Positions 62,321-64,000 of a stretch of DNA of 64,000 bases are shown piece after piece. The DNA is taken from contig NC_043021.1 of the NCBI RefSeq assembly GCF_006345805.1, positions 620,001 through 684,000 on the forward strand, written 5' to 3'. Under the pieces are notes generated by a model, which saw only the letters and a program-made list of their open reading frames with translations, ran no database searches and was not told the DNA's origin. Numbering within the stretch: the first letter of the stretch is position 1; the number at the start of each line of letters is the position of its first letter. A program made the translations under genes and the position numbers. The stretch comes from Octopus sinensis. Taxonomy: Eukaryota.

Positions 62321-64000
62321 TCCACTGGCCCCTTTATACTTTCCACATCCGTTTCCTTTTTTATAAATAGTGAGATAAAGGGCAGGGCTGGAATAATGAC
62401 CATACTATTGTGTCTGCCAGTGATGGTGAGGGGACACCCCCCACACCATAGGTAGCACTGATGGGGGAGGCAGGTCACAGGAGGAGAAAGACAAGTGGGT
62501 GTAGGGAGAAGGGGTGTATACAGCCAGCAGATTAAAAAAAATTGTTCTGAGTTCAAATCCAGTCAGAGCTGATATTGTATTCCACCTGTCACCCCCCACC
62601 CCACACCACTACCAACAACAACAGGGTTAATAAGCCATTCCCAATACTATCAGAGTTGATTCAATTGATTCTATGTCTAGAATATTCCTTCTACCAAAAT
62701 TCCTGTTGTGTCATATCAATATCAGACTGAATCTAGTGGTTCTGAGTTCAAATCCTATCTCCAAAACTGCACAGTGCGTGTATGATTAGGACACTTAACA
62801 ATGAAATAGCTCAGTGTGTCTGGCTGTAAATAAGGTACCATTCAGGCTTAAATAGGTACAACCACTCCTTGTAAGCAGCAGGAGTATAGCATAACTGGTG
62901 AGTGTTTCGCAACCTTGTAGTTTTGTGTGCATGGATCATGATGAAGCACACACACACACACACACAAACCAATCCTGTTTCAACCAGTTCTATTACTGTC
63001 ATTTAATGTGCGAGACATAATGAATCATCAACATCATTATCACCATTGTCATCGTATCCACCACCACCATAATTCAGTTATTGTTATTATTCATATTTTT
63101 ATGGTTTTTCTGTTGTCATATTTAACATTATTGCAACAGTCTGGTCTTTGAAACCACCAACACCCCACCCCACCACCATTGCGCCACCACCGCCGCCGCC
63201 TCCTCCATTGTCATTGTCCAGTCGTTAGTCATCATCATCATCACCATTGACATCATTGTAGCAGAAATAAGGGTAAGAACCCATTGGTTCAGAAACACAT
63301 CCAAACTTTGTTGTTGTTGTTGTTAATAGTAACAACAGCAAAAACAACAACAACAACAACTAATAGCCAGGAAAGTATTGAAATGAGAAAGAATGTCTGG
63401 TTTGGTCTGCGATTGTGAAGAGGAGGAAGAACAGAACTTGAAGAATAGTAAAACAATGGAAGAGCAGCTGTGACATAATTTGCTGAATAACACAATAATT
63501 CACTTTAAGCTATGGAAAGCTTGAAGTGCTATAAAGATATGCATAGCAGAAAATTGTCACACAGCTTGTGACATGTTGGGTGCCAACCTAAGGCCGAGCT
63601 CTGCTGAGGACATTTATGATATAGATTAGTCTATAAATGACCTCTGCAGTGTCAATATGGGGTAGATTAATCTGTAACTGACCTCTGTCCATGTTTGAAA
63701 AACATTACAAGATGACAGGTGTAGCTCTAAGATGATGTTGAAGTATTCAATGTTACATGTCTAATGATAAGCTCTGCTAGGGATCTTTAAATGGTGCATA
63801 TGATGATGATATAATAATAATAAGAAGAAGAAGAATATGACCCATTTATAGAATATGTAGTGAATCCCATGAAGCATATAGTGCCAAGATGTGTCCAAAA
63901 TTGAAATATTTAGCAGCATCATGTAAATGAAGACACATTACGAGATGTGTGGTACCAGGTTGTGGTACACTGTAGGTATGGTACCTGGTTATGGTAAGCA

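Noticed and set aside
63308-63360. (TTG)n/(CAA)n hairpin and other microsatellite-derived palindromes (e.g. ~50880)
   Set aside because: Expected by-products of adjacent complementary microsatellites.

Overview
Eukaryotic, AT-rich, microsatellite-dense genomic DNA. The SINE/LINE-tail/MITE families look like those of a coleoid cephalopod (Octopus); this is inferred, not searched. Two clear + strand enzyme genes lie 3.7 kb apart. One is an RDH11-14-family short-chain dehydrogenase, almost entirely in one 904-nt exon (47735-48638). The other is a single-exon UDP-glycosyltransferase (52365-53882) whose splice acceptor and start codon are tandemly duplicated. The left ~39 kb appears to be the long-intron 5' part of an unidentified minus-strand gene with several candidate alternative first exons and microexons. 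The rest is transposon debris: maT/mariner-like, hAT/Charlie, Chapaev3-like, piggyBac-type MITEs, R4/Dong, RTE and other LINE fossils, and many SINEs. The best find is a type I hammerhead ribozyme with an intact catalytic core (one non-canonical pair in stem II) on the minus strand at 57736-57786. It sits in a young, ORF-less, Penelope/retrozyme-like element that ends in a perfect 38-bp fold-back. There are also several long hairpins next to candidate splice sites and a candidate recursive splice site. There are no CRISPR arrays, rRNA genes or genuine tRNA genes. All alignments were done by eye, with no database searches.
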